A stretch of DNA of 63,494 bases, filler included, from Gonapodya sp. JEL0774 (lineage: Eukaryota): the NCBI GenBank assembly GCA_027604505.1. It is 17 parts of 17 records of this genome, joined end to end, with 100 filler letters (N's around TTAATTAATTAA, not from the genome) between each part and the next. Parts side by side here need not be neighbours in the genome. Positions count along the whole stretch, not along the records: positions 37,481 to 41,119 come from JADIIX010001206.1; positions 41,220 to 44,852 come from JADIIX010001207.1; positions 44,953 to 48,584 come from JADIIX010001208.1; positions 48,685 to 52,314 come from JADIIX010001209.1; 13 more parts are not named here. One strand, given 5' to 3'. The notes under the pieces were generated by a model, which was not told the origin of the DNA, searched no databases, and saw nothing but the letters and a program-made list of their open reading frames with translations. Shown piece after piece: positions 37,571 to 48,784 of this stretch. The stretch's first letter is position 1. The number at the start of each line of letters is the position of its first letter. A program made the position numbers and the translations under genes.

Positions 37571-38790
37571 CTAACCCTCCTCCTCCACGAACCTCCCCAT
37601 CAACCAGCCCAAATCCGACCTCACACCTGCGCAGTCCCGCAACATATTCTCCCGCGAGGGTTTCATCAGTGCCGCTAAAACGTCTGGTAGCTCTTTCAGC
37701 TCGATGACGTGATTGGCGGCAAGGGTATCCCACTCGTGGGGTGTGATGGCCGTCAAGGATTTGTTCGACCTACGAAATAGTATCCGGGATCGAATGGGAT
37801 CAACATCAGTGGGTGCTTGGTCGGGTGGGGTGGGGGGGATCTAGGTGAATCGATCTGTTGAAGAGAAGGAGTGCCATTCCGGAGGTGTATGGAGGAAGTT
37901 GCGGGGCTATAATGGCTGGGCTAGCACGATCGTGATCCACCAGGGGTAAAGGTGGGATCCCGTTGTATTTGTCACGGACGAGCTTCAAAAAAGCGTCACG
38001 CAGTACAATCTGTTTCTGGTCCCCAATCTTGACGCGAGCAAAAACACGTGGATTGTTGCGAGACGATGTTTCTGACACCACAAAGTGGAGTCCACGAGCT
38101 TCGTCCCGGCTTTCTAGTGAGTCCAAGGTGGTGGAGGACGAAAGGTCGCAATCACGATCGCTGTTGTGATTCCAAAGAACTGCAGTCGGAGATGGGGTGA
38201 AGAAGTTGCGGAGAGCTCTACCAACGAGAGATTCAACAAGGTCCGGACGGGTTTGCGAGAGAGAAACAAGACACGTCAACGGGGCAAGGAGTGAGCGAGC
38301 AAGGATAGGAGCGTCCTCTGGTGTGGCGCGCTCTAGGCCAGTAAGGGAGTTTGAGATGATTTTGGCGATGTCTGGGCAGCGACGATAGACGAAAAGCATC
38401 AAAATTGCATGATAGTATCAGCTCATTCTGAAACACAGGGATCTGGCGGGGATAAATAGCCGTTCAATGTACCCACCTGCCTCGGTAAGCCTGGCTGTTT
38501 CATCTGTCTCTCGCACTATGAATGTCGCTGCCAGTTTAAACGCCTGCAAAGCATCCGCCTCTCCTGTTTTCGAGTCATGCTCTTGTGTGCATTTGATGTA
38601 CCTGCAAGTCCGTCCATTCTTGCAGGTTTGACCCGCATTTGATTTGGTTCCAGAGTCGGCCTCATATGACGTGATCGTTGCGAGAAAAGATAACGTGGCA
38701 ACGCATTGCGCTACGAGGCGATTGATAAAGGGTGTAGGGCCAGAACCACAGACATGACTATCGTTGAGGAGGGACGATACCACGGGTGGG
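37571..38790 (-). CDS. Hypothetical multi-exon protein
   Basis: Consecutive minus-strand ORFs (130, 198 and 61 aa) separated by intron-like segments. Family not recognised. Confidence 0.4.
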
Positions 38791-38830
38791 AGGGCGGAAG
38801 ATGCTGCCACTGTGCTGTCCCGAGTCTAGA

Positions 38831-38869
38831 GTAGTTCAGAGGAGAGAACATCCTTCGGATCAGGGGGTC
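38831..38869 (+). pseudogene. Partial degenerate copy of the tRNA-Arg(UCG) at 40005
   Basis: GTAGTTCAGAGGAGAGAACATC---CTTCGGATCAGGGGGTC versus GTAGTTCAGAGGAAAGAACATCTGACTTCGGATCAGGGGGTC: one substitution and a 3-nt deletion. The T-arm and acceptor stem are missing. Confidence 0.85.
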
Positions 38870-40004
38870 CCCAAATCCCCCTCATATCCACCCTCTGCGC
38901 ATTTGCATTCAGGGGGTTTGATCGAGAACAAAAGAGTGCCATTTTGCCGTGTTTCAAATGGACGATGTATTAAATTGATGCCGTTGATCTTTGGCGGGGT
39001 GGATGAAACGGGTAAGTGGGTGACGGTGGGTTCGACGACATGGATGACGTTGCTTGAAGCTGAGGATGACGACCAAAGATGACGAACCCTGTTTGGCTGT
39101 CAAACAGATATGCTCAGCTGTATATGTCTTTGCATTGTGTTCTCAAGGTCGTATTCTCCAGATATATATGCGGCTTGCTCTTCGACTTGAACATAATCAA
39201 CTTCCCCGGCGCTGCTCTATGGCCTGGGGCTCTGGATCAAGCGCAGCGCAACCACAAGACAAACCAGTGGAGCACCGGCCACCTGCGTCTGGGGCTGTTT
39301 CAGTCAGGAGGAAGGAGTCATTGGTCTCTCGGGATGGACATTTTCAGAAACAGGCGTTGGGATCGCGGAAACAGGCAGTTTGTCCGCAAGTGGATCAGAG
39401 TGGATGCAGTAAGAAGCTCTATGAGTCAAATTTTTGGCCGATCTTTCACTGGGATGACTAATCGTTGCCTGCTGGCATGGATGTGTATGATTTGTCCGCT
39501 CACAACTCGACATCATCTCTCGCAGGCCTTACTATCGCATTTCACGACGAGAGAATCAAGGACGTGCAAACGGGCAAGCGGCTGGAGAAGATACGGAATC
39601 CGGGAGCGGACCAGCTGGCACTCATGGACATGAATTTTCAGCGGAAACGGGAATCACGCGTGAGTTTCTTGTTTTCGCCAGAAGTCGTAGTCTGCTCGCT
39701 GCATCCCATTTGTCGCAAATATTGCTATTTCAGAGTGACTTCTGTCGACTTCCGATCACAACTGATGTGTGGACTTTGTGGACTTGCCGGGACGGGCGCT
39801 ATTCGTTCGCTGACGTAATGAGACACTGGATCGGACTGGACTGGAACACGAACGAAGTCCTGTTCATGTCAAAGGGCATCACACGGGTATCAAGATTATG
39901 GATTCAATTTGAGAGCTCATTTATTTTGAATCCGTGACAGACAGTGCAACTGAAATTGATTTACATTAAGTATTTTTAAACCACAGAAGTTAAAGTTGTT
40001 CGGG

Positions 40005-40077
40005 GCGGGCGTAGTTCAGAGGAAAGAACATCTGACTTCGGATCAGGGGGTCGCAGGTTCGATCCCTGCCGCCCGCG
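40005..40077 (+). tRNA. tRNA-Arg(UCG)
   Basis: Acceptor stem GCGGGCG/CGCCCGC, D-arm GTTC/GAAC, anticodon loop CT-TCG-GA in a CTGA/TCAG stem, T-arm GCAGG-TTCGATC-CCTGC, and a downstream TTTTT terminator. Confidence 0.95.
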
Positions 40078-40319
40078 AGTTTTTGAGGTCTCACACGTGT
40101 GGAGTTGTCATTTTGTTTTCTCCCACTCTACGTTCCGCGGCTTTCTCATTTGTCTGTTTGGTTTGTCCAACTACCGACCGTAGTTAGTGTGGAAGCAACT
40201 GCTTTCTCTCATGATTTCTAAAGTGTCTATGTCATCTGGAGTTGAACACACATGTATCACAAAACGATATACATCACGACATCTACTCAGCAAATGCGAT
40301 GAGATCATACGAGCAGATG

Positions 40320-41119
40320 CTATAACAACTCGTGATCGCCAACTCCTGCATTTGTCGGCTCTGCGTTGATGATCAAAGACGTGCGCATCACTGATCGTTG
40401 AGAACGCAGTGTTCGCTGAGATCCGTATTTTACACTACTCAACTGTCCAAACTCAGCCAGAGGGTCTCGTCTGTCGCGATGGCAGGGGAACAACGACTTC
40501 AACAACGTCTGCATTCCAGATTTCAGACTGCAATTCAGCAATGGTACCACGATTCCATTCACGGGTCCATGGACAATTATGATAGCATAACAGATGCCGA
40601 CAATAATGTGAGGTCGTGGGTAGTCTCGCATAATGATCTCGTACACGATGATCACCGCGACTGGGCTCCAAAATAGCAAGCTCATGCTTGCCATCATGAC
40701 AGAAACAAAGGCCAGCCGAACGTCTGAGCAGTGCCTCAGAGGGGAGAGGGAATTGTTTGGGGGTCGGATTGAGGTCCACTGCTAATGAATATACAAGTTT
40801 GCGGTCCGCCCCCTGCAATGATAGCTCACCTTTACGGAATTGTCGAGCAGACAGACTCTCTCCTCGTACTGATGTGCGTCCGGTTAGTTTCACCGCCGTG
40901 TTTGGTACCGTGGTGTCCCTCGTGCGTGGTTGAGGACTCACGGGATCGTTGCTCCCCATCAATGCACCGCCAAACTTGAACGCAATACTTCCATAACATA
41001 AAATAATTGCAGGAATCGCGCAGTCAATAGGTAATAACGGTGTAAAGATGTTTGGTAAGAGACCCGATTGCAGTGAGACATCTCCATAATTGGTAAAGCA
41101 AACCTCGAATTCCCGAGGG
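40320..41119 (-). CDS. Class A (rhodopsin-like) GPCR-like 7TM protein, ECL2-TM7 part, 5'-truncated
   Basis: VCFTNY (ECL2 Cys), IPAIILCYGSI (TM5), an in-phase intron giving RKDVRLAFVSVMMASMSLLFWSP (TM6 WxP), and HGPVNGIVVPLLNCSLK (TM7-H8). Confidence 0.7.
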
Positions 41120-41219
41120 NNNNNNNNNNNNNNNNNNNNNNNNNNNNNNNNNNNNNNNNNNNNTTAATTAATTAANNNNNNNNNNNNNNNNNNNNNNNNN
41201 NNNNNNNNNNNNNNNNNNN

Positions 41220-43068
41220 GGACAGGTTGAGCAACTTGAGACAAGCAAGATTGCTACAGAGGTTAGTATCTTGGTTGATCAATGGTGTCTGCTTCCGCCG
41301 CTAATGTAATTCGACGACGGCAGACAATTTCTAACATCCGTACTGTAGCCACACTTGGAAAGGAGACCTTCTTTGCTGATCTTTACAATGCGGATCTGAA
41401 AGCGCCTTTCGTGAAAGAAGCCAAAGGAGCAGTAGTTTCAGGTGTCGGGGCAGGCTTAGCCACTAGCGTTCAGTTTCTCGTTCTCGCTTTGGGCTGGTGG
41501 TGCGTTTTGCATGGGTGATGTCGTTCCATTTTCTATTATATATTTTTTTGGTAACTCGGTGGCTCTCATTAATAAACTTAGGTATAGCTCGTTACTGGTT
41601 ACAAGTGGGGAAGCAAGCCCATCAAGCGTACAGCAAGCGATTTTCGCGGTCTTTTTCATGGGCGCCTCCGTTGGTGAGTCAAGAAGTTGCAATCTCTCCC
41701 TGCCTTCACAGTTCCGTTTGTTCAACTTTCGCCTGCACCCTCAGGTCGAGTGAGCACTATGATGCCGTCAATTTCGAAGTGCCAGGTGGCGGCCATCTCG
41801 ATTTTTGATATTGTTGACCGAAAGCCCGAGCTCGACGCCCAAACCGACGAAGGTGACAAACCCCCTCCCACCGGCCAGGCGAAGTTCGAGAAGGTGGAAT
41901 TCAGGTATCCATACCGGAACAACACTCAAGTTCTCGCGGGACTAAATGTGATAGCGGATGCAGGACGCTCAGTTGCATTTGTTGGTCCCTCTGGGTACGT
42001 GCCATACAATAGTTGAGGCGCCTTGTTGAGAAGAATGCTGAATTTGAATGTTTTTTAAGGTGTGGGAAGTCAACTGCCATGGCACTTCTAGAAAGATTCT
42101 ACGATGTTACCAATGGAGGACTGACAATTGACGGCGAAGATGTTCGAAAGTGGAACTTGAAAGCACTTCGTCAGCGAATGGCTATTGTTGGTCAGGTGGG
42201 GTGTGGCAATACTGTTACGCGTTCTCGCCAGCTTCACAAGTCACCGGTCACTCACCGGCCGCTCTCAGGAACCTGTTTTATTTGAAGGGACGATTTGTGA
42301 GGTGAGCATAGCTATATTTCTGGTCACTTGACTGCTTCATCAGTGACCATTCCTTCATTTGACAGAATATTGCCTATGGCAAACCTCAGGGAGCACCACC
42401 CGCGACTCAAGAGGAGATTGAAGCAGCCGCACGGAAAGCCAATGCCTACGATTACATAAAAGACCTCCCTGACGGATTCCAGACTCTTGTAGGCGAACGT
42501 GGAGGGTTGATGAGTGGTGGTCAGAAACAACGCATTGCTATCGCAAGAGCCATGATCCGGAACCCTACTATTCTGTTGTTGGATGAAGCAACATCGGCTT
42601 TGGATTCAGAATCGGAGCACATCGTGCAAGAGGCTCTTGATTCCGCAGCCGAAGGTGTGTTTTTCATATTTCCTTCCAAAAACATTCAATAATTTCAATT
42701 AATATCGGACTGATTTTGTGTAGGGCGAACTACCATCACGATTGCGCATCGCCTGAGTACCATTCAGAACTGCCATCGGATATATGTGTTCCAGGTACTT
42801 TAGCATTGCTTGCCGGCCTTTGGAACAAAATTTTCATTTTTTAATCGGGTTTCAGGCTGGTGTTGTTGTTGAAGAGGGGAATCACGCGGAGCTTTTCGCC
42901 CGCCGTGGACTGTACTGGTGAGTCGGACCTACATTCGCATTCAAATCTGTTCCGTTTGATGGACACTCACGCCACGTGCGTCATAGGGAATTGTGTCAAC
43001 AACAGGGCCTGGGAATGAACAAACCGGAAGCGGTTCCGTCGCAAGCCACTCTTCAGACTTGGTATTAG
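41220..43068 (+). CDS. ABCB (MDR/P-glycoprotein) transporter, C-terminal half, multi-exon
   Basis: [18 protein letters not shown] (Walker A), [44 protein letters not shown]. Confidence 0.96.
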
Positions 43069-43444
43069 TGCGACTAATTGTCACTATATTATGCGATTCC
43101 AACATCCTTGCTAGAGAATAATGCAATGATTTATTTTACATATTATATCACCAAACAATCGAATTCAGCTGTTTCCTCAAGAGCGATATACACTCGTGCC
43201 ATAACACCCACAGTAACGTATTCTCCCACTCTGCGGTGTCGGTTGTTCCTTTCCGCCGCTCGATTCTGGGACTAGGACGGCAAGCAACGCACTACATTGA
43301 AAGGATGGGCAACGCAGACCATGTGAGTTGATATATTAGATTCTAGATAATCGCGATAGACGGTCCGATATTCAACAGCCCGATCCCGTCACCAAATGAC
43401 TACATCGACCCGTAAAGGCTGCGTTTGTCGATGCCTGTGATGGG

Positions 43445-44849
43445 GTGCCACCTCCTCCGAATGGTGTCTCCATCACAGATGCCCGTCGCGGTGGACTCAC
43501 CACAACGCACCGTACCGACGACGACGACGGCGTCGCTCACCTGGCCGTTAAATGCCCTCTGATTACGGCACACTGCGTTCTCTTCATCCCCGAACTCCTC
43601 GCGGCCATCTTGGCGGAACTGGACCACCCGCGGGACGTTGCGAATAGCTCTGTTGTGTGGTACGTCCAGGTCTTCCCTTGTTCACTCACTTGGACTCCAT
43701 GATTTGACATATATACAATCAACATATTCCATCAACAGCAAACGCTGGCACCCCACCTCCTTCCGCCTCCTCTGGCGCACGACGTCCCCGTTACACATCT
43801 CCCCCACCTCCCGCTCCACCCAGCTCCTTCTCTCAGCCTTCTCCCACCTCCCACCGTGGAAGAAAGCCATGATCCGCCCCCGGTGCGTCTCGGTCCGCAT
43901 GAGCGCCAGCACACCGTTCCCCACCTCCATCACACCCATCGTCCTGGGCCTTCTCCACCTCGTGGCACCCTCCGTGTTACGATGGGTCCTCGTCCTCTCG
44001 GGCCGCCACGATGACTTCTCCATGGCGGTGTTCACTCACCTCGTCCGCGCGGCACCAGCCATGACCCACCTGACCGTCCACAACGCACCACCGGAGTACG
44101 GCAACACGTGGCTCCCGCAGATCCTCTCCAGGTCCCGCGCGCTCCGATCCCTCTCTGTCCACTTCACAGAGTGGGTGGTGGTCCCCATCACCGTTCCCAC
44201 CCCTGTTCCCCACACCACCACGTCCGTCCAGAAAACCCACCCAGGCAACTACGTCCACCTCCTCCACTGCGCCCCCTTGCTCGCCAACCTCCCGGCTCTC
44301 CGTGCTCTCTCTGTCTCGGGCGCCACGGAAGTGGCCTTCCTCCTCTCCATGCCCCACCTCTCGTCCCTCCACCTCTCGGACTACGCCCTTCCTCCGGGCA
44401 GCCTCGCCTGTCTCCTCGCCACCATAGGCTCTCGTCTCGTCTCGCTGGCCCTCCACCCGTCCGATCGGGACTCATGCGGTATCACCAGCACCACCGTCCA
44501 TCTCGTCGTCACCACATGCACAACCTTGACTGCCCTGTCGATCTCCACATCCACCGGCACCCGCGCACGCATCCCGCTCTCCATCCCCACCACGCTCGTC
44601 GCACACGTCCCCACACTCCGCGTCCTCGATCTCTCCCACTGCACGTTGACATTTGACAAAGCCGGTAAAGCCAGGCTGGACAGAACCGTGCGCCGTCGCT
44701 CCGTGCCGGTGCGGATCTTGTTCCGGTGGTTCACCGCTATGGGGCCGTCGCCGTGGAGTACCGCTATGCTCGGCGGGTCGAGTCCGCTCAAAGATGAACA
44801 GCAGGTCACGTGGGATGTGGTGGATGGGGCGAGAGTTGTGGGGCAGTGA
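43445..44849 (+). CDS. F-box / RNI-like LRR protein (start uncertain)
   Basis: VLFIPELLAAILAEL...|SKRWHPTSFRLLWR F-box-like motif and repeated LxxLxL units. Confidence 0.7.
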
Positions 44850-44952
44850 GGANNNNNNNNNNNNNNNNNNNNNNNNNNNNNNNNNNNNNNNNNNNNTTAA
44901 TTAATTAANNNNNNNNNNNNNNNNNNNNNNNNNNNNNNNNNNNNNNNNNNNN

Positions 44953-46414
44953 TCCATCTGCCCTCCCTTTTCGATTGCCTCTGGTTTCGGGTACTGCAGC
45001 ATCTTTCCACCCGCTCCGTTCACCACGAATGATTTTCCTCGAATGTTGTCATCAAGAACGCACGTGAGATAGGCATCCACTAGCTTGTCCATCGGCGTCC
45101 TGGAAGACATAGCTCAATACCAGAAACATTCGCATTTTCTGAATTTATGCTTATCTGAGGCTCACCATCCGCCATTAGGTTCGAGGAATACCTTGCCGAG
45201 ATACTTTTCGAAGTCAGCCTTGCTTTTGAGGCCCATTTTCTAGATTGCGAAAGGCAGGCCTGGTGTGTTAGGTGGACTTGACACTGACCAGATATTTGCG
45301 CTTAACACTCACGGCAAAAGGTCCCTTGAGCAAAAGGGGTGTCCACTAAAAAGGTTTGGAAAGGAAATTCAATGGTCGGTTCGTTATGTTATGTTCCTGA
45401 CTATTCCTCTGGTTCACTCGGATACGGAACTCACCACCCATCCCGGCATGATCGTGTTCAGCCTGATCGAGGACTCTTTGAGCTTCTGCTCGCGTGCAGA
45501 GGCGTCTAAAGCTACTTGGCTGACGGAGACTTCCGATTTGATGTCTGCAGTGTCAGCAATGATCCTGCTCCTCGATCCGCACTAAATTCTTGTACTTACC
45601 GAAAGCGTCTGATGGAAAACACCAAATTTGCAAGTACACGAATAACACGGAATCAACGTTAAGGGGATGAACGGGATTATGACAGTGCAGACTTACTCAA
45701 TGCCGCCTTGCTCGTGCTGTACCCAACGTCCTTGAAAGGCCACTGCATTGGGAAGAATCCCATGGCACTCGATGTAATGACGATGTTGCCTGATTTCTTA
45801 GTCCTCGTCCAGTAAGTTGCCGCTGTGTGATGAGCACGATCGACTAAATTGGAACGTGATCTGGGTCGAAGGATTGCTCACCGGTGCGACTCAAGAGCAT
45901 AGTTCCGATGACATTCCCGTTAAAATTGTCTATGTAATCGTCGCTGCTCGTTATCTATTGAGTAGCTGTGGTGCACTGATCCAGCTTGTAAACATTCGAA
46001 CGTACCTCTCATCAGTCTCCCAGTTTCCCTTCACATCCCCAGTGTAGCCGGCATTTGCGACGACCACGTCCACGGTACCGAGTTTCTCTACGCATGCGGG
46101 GACCACGGCTTTACAATCGGCTTGCGAGCGAATGTCGAGCCTTTGGAACGCCAATCGCGAGTCATCGAGTTTGTGAGTTGACTTCAACGATGAGATAACT
46201 AGCAGGTCGTAGGACTACGTGAGCGTCGTGGAGAGTGCACCCTCGACTCAGCATCGGTCGGATTTGAATTTTCACCTTCGTTTCCCTTGTCCGTGCTCCT
46301 ATTCGCAATGAGCACCGACGCCCCCAAGGAGAGGAAACGCTCTACAATGGCGAGGCCTATTCCTTCCGTTCCACCAGTCACGATGCAAATCTTTCCTTGG
46401 AGCTCACGAGACAT
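44953..46414 (-). CDS. Short-chain dehydrogenase/reductase, multi-exon
   Basis: ICIVTGGTEGIG, VDVVVANAG, NIVITSS, YSTSK, IRLNTIMPGW. Confidence 0.92.
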
Positions 46415-46946
46415 CTGTGCGGATTGTCTGGACTGCGTGTATCGTATGTGTACTCGCAGTTGTGTACCTGGCTGGTGCCACCACAGCAAGCGAAGACAAA
46501 TGAGCTGGAAGTGATTCGGAAAGAGCAATAGATTCAGCTACGGAGTAGTATTGGTCTCATGTGCTAGGGGCTTAAGAATGATATCGGGAAGAATCCCAAT
46601 ATTCTCATTGCGAAATTGAAGATAAGCCGGTTGACGAGAATTCGGATGATTCTCAGAACTCAGTTTTCCCGAGAGACTGCGTTTGCAATAGTCCAAAGCG
46701 TATACCGAATAGTTTTATTGCTTCAGTTACATAAATGTTTCACCTCACCCCAAAAGAGAAGAGGCAAGTGTAGGAGCACTGCCAACAGACACCGACCCGG
46801 CACTGAAATCCGATTATTTTGTCAATGGCTTCCAGCCTGCACGGAGCTGTTTTCTCGCAACATGGAGATGATGCAAATCCCGGCGAAAGGTCCTCCCAGC
46901 CAATTGTCGGATCTGATCGGATCACGATTCTAACCCCAACAACTCG

Positions 46947-48233
46947 ATGAGTCACACGTTTTCCACACCCGAACTTCTCGAAAGGATTGTCTCCTGGCTG
47001 AGTGACAAGGACAAGGCAGCCTGCGTCGGAGTTTGGTGAGTGACCGGTCTGCAAGCGTTCTCATCTTCAACTAAAACGTTTTTTATGCTCATGTGGAATC
47101 GATGACATATCACTCATCGCAAATGAAGCAAAACATGGCAGCCGATCGCTTTTGCTGCTCTCTGGAAACTGTGGAGGCTTGATGACACCGAAAGGAGCTG
47201 TCTGCAGCTCGATACGTTTCGTTCTCTACCCCAATGGAAAAAGAACCTCGTCCGGCCTCGCACAGTACAATACACATCACTCACTTCCGGTGAAAGAATA
47301 TCTGAGGCTGTCAATGCACTTCAAGCCGTTTGCACACCATTGGCGCAGTACTGGGACCTCGTGGGAATTATCAAAGACATCGAATTTGGATCCCTTTTCA
47401 CCGTGTTGGCACCTCTTGCGGGCAGATTGAAATGGCTCAAGTTATCCCTCGATGTACTTTCCGACGAGTCGCGTAGATTGTTGCAAAATTTACTCGGCAG
47501 GTGCGCTAGCCTTCAGGGTATCGAGTTCTTTGAAACTGGCTCTGGCTCTATCCAGCTTCCACTAAATCTTTCCAGTACATTGAAGCACTTCAGATGTGAC
47601 TTTACACAAATCACCAATATTGACGAAATCGAGCAGTTTCACCGTATTGCTTCTTTGTCATTGACCTTTGCGGTCAAAGTTTCTATTCTCCATCACCTCC
47701 CAAACCTCTCCACGCTGCATTTATGTGCATACGACATTCGGTCGCATGAAATTACTGAGCTATTGGCTCACATTGGGCACCAACTTGAAGTTCTGTGGTT
47801 GGAACCGGACATCGATGACAGCCTTGACCTTTTTACCTCAGGGATCGTTTCATGCATTGCAAGAAACTGCATGAAACTGAGAATCCTGTCACTTATAAGC
47901 CCGCATGCCTGTAGTGTAGCAGTTCCGTTTCTGCTCACTGACTCTCTTCGACATCTCCATACTCTGTGTCTGCCATACACCCGTATCGTAGCGGACCCAA
48001 ACGGCAAAATTATTTTCGACTCGCTGGTGAAGCGTCGCGCCGTTCCATTCAAGATTTATTTTCTTTGGCGCGAAAGTGTCCCTTCGCTTGAGGAATATGC
48101 TGTGGAGCAGGATGTGAGAACGTGGATAGACGCAACCCTTGGAGGTTGCCCTCCGATGAGGAAGGAAAGGATTTCCTTGGAGTTTACCCTTTCTACCGCA
48201 CATGTTGTACTCGAGAGTTGGTGGCGAACCTGA
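46947..48233 (+). CDS. F-box / RNI-like LRR protein, paralog of 43445-44849
   Basis: FSTPELLERIVSWL...AACVGV|..TWQPIAFAALWK, LRR-like repeats, and a shared C-terminal motif. Confidence 0.72.
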
Positions 48234-48784
48234 TTGGGCTCCCTTATTTATGTATACATGAGTTATGAGCACCAACGTCGATACTGTACAGTTCAGTCAT
48301 CGGTGAATACGAGTGCCTTGCGGCAATGAATACAAACCACCTGGTATTCTCTTTGTAGAGCAGGATATTACTCTGTCGTTGTATGTCGTTCTTGTGCAGA
48401 ATCATAGATGTATGTTCATCACCCGACAGATCCAGAACTCTGAGGCACAAATGAAACAAATTGCACTGCTAAAATGTTCAATTGATTCTTGATCGTCAAT
48501 ACTTGTACTACAAAGAAGGGCCTGATACACAAAAAAGCCCACGAAACTACACAAAGTCACAATCATCGTTTGTAATGTTGGGTCNNNNNNNNNNNNNNNN
48601 NNNNNNNNNNNNNNNNNNNNNNNNNNNNTTAATTAATTAANNNNNNNNNNNNNNNNNNNNNNNNNNNNNNNNNNNNNNNNNNNNACCAGTTCTTGGTAGT
48701 TTGTTGTTGTTGTACGAATACTCGTCCACTCGAGGATTTCGCTTGTCTTTCTCCTGCCGACCCAGCCTCCCTGATTCATTGAGA

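Noticed and set aside
40320..41119. Type II opsin
   Set aside because: No lysine at the Schiff-base-equivalent TM7 position, so it is kept as a generic class A-like receptor.
43682..44809. Multiple long antisense or alternate-frame ORFs (also at 17600-18400 and 49200-50550)
   Set aside because: These are shadow ORFs of GC-rich, biased coding sequence with no recognisable domains.
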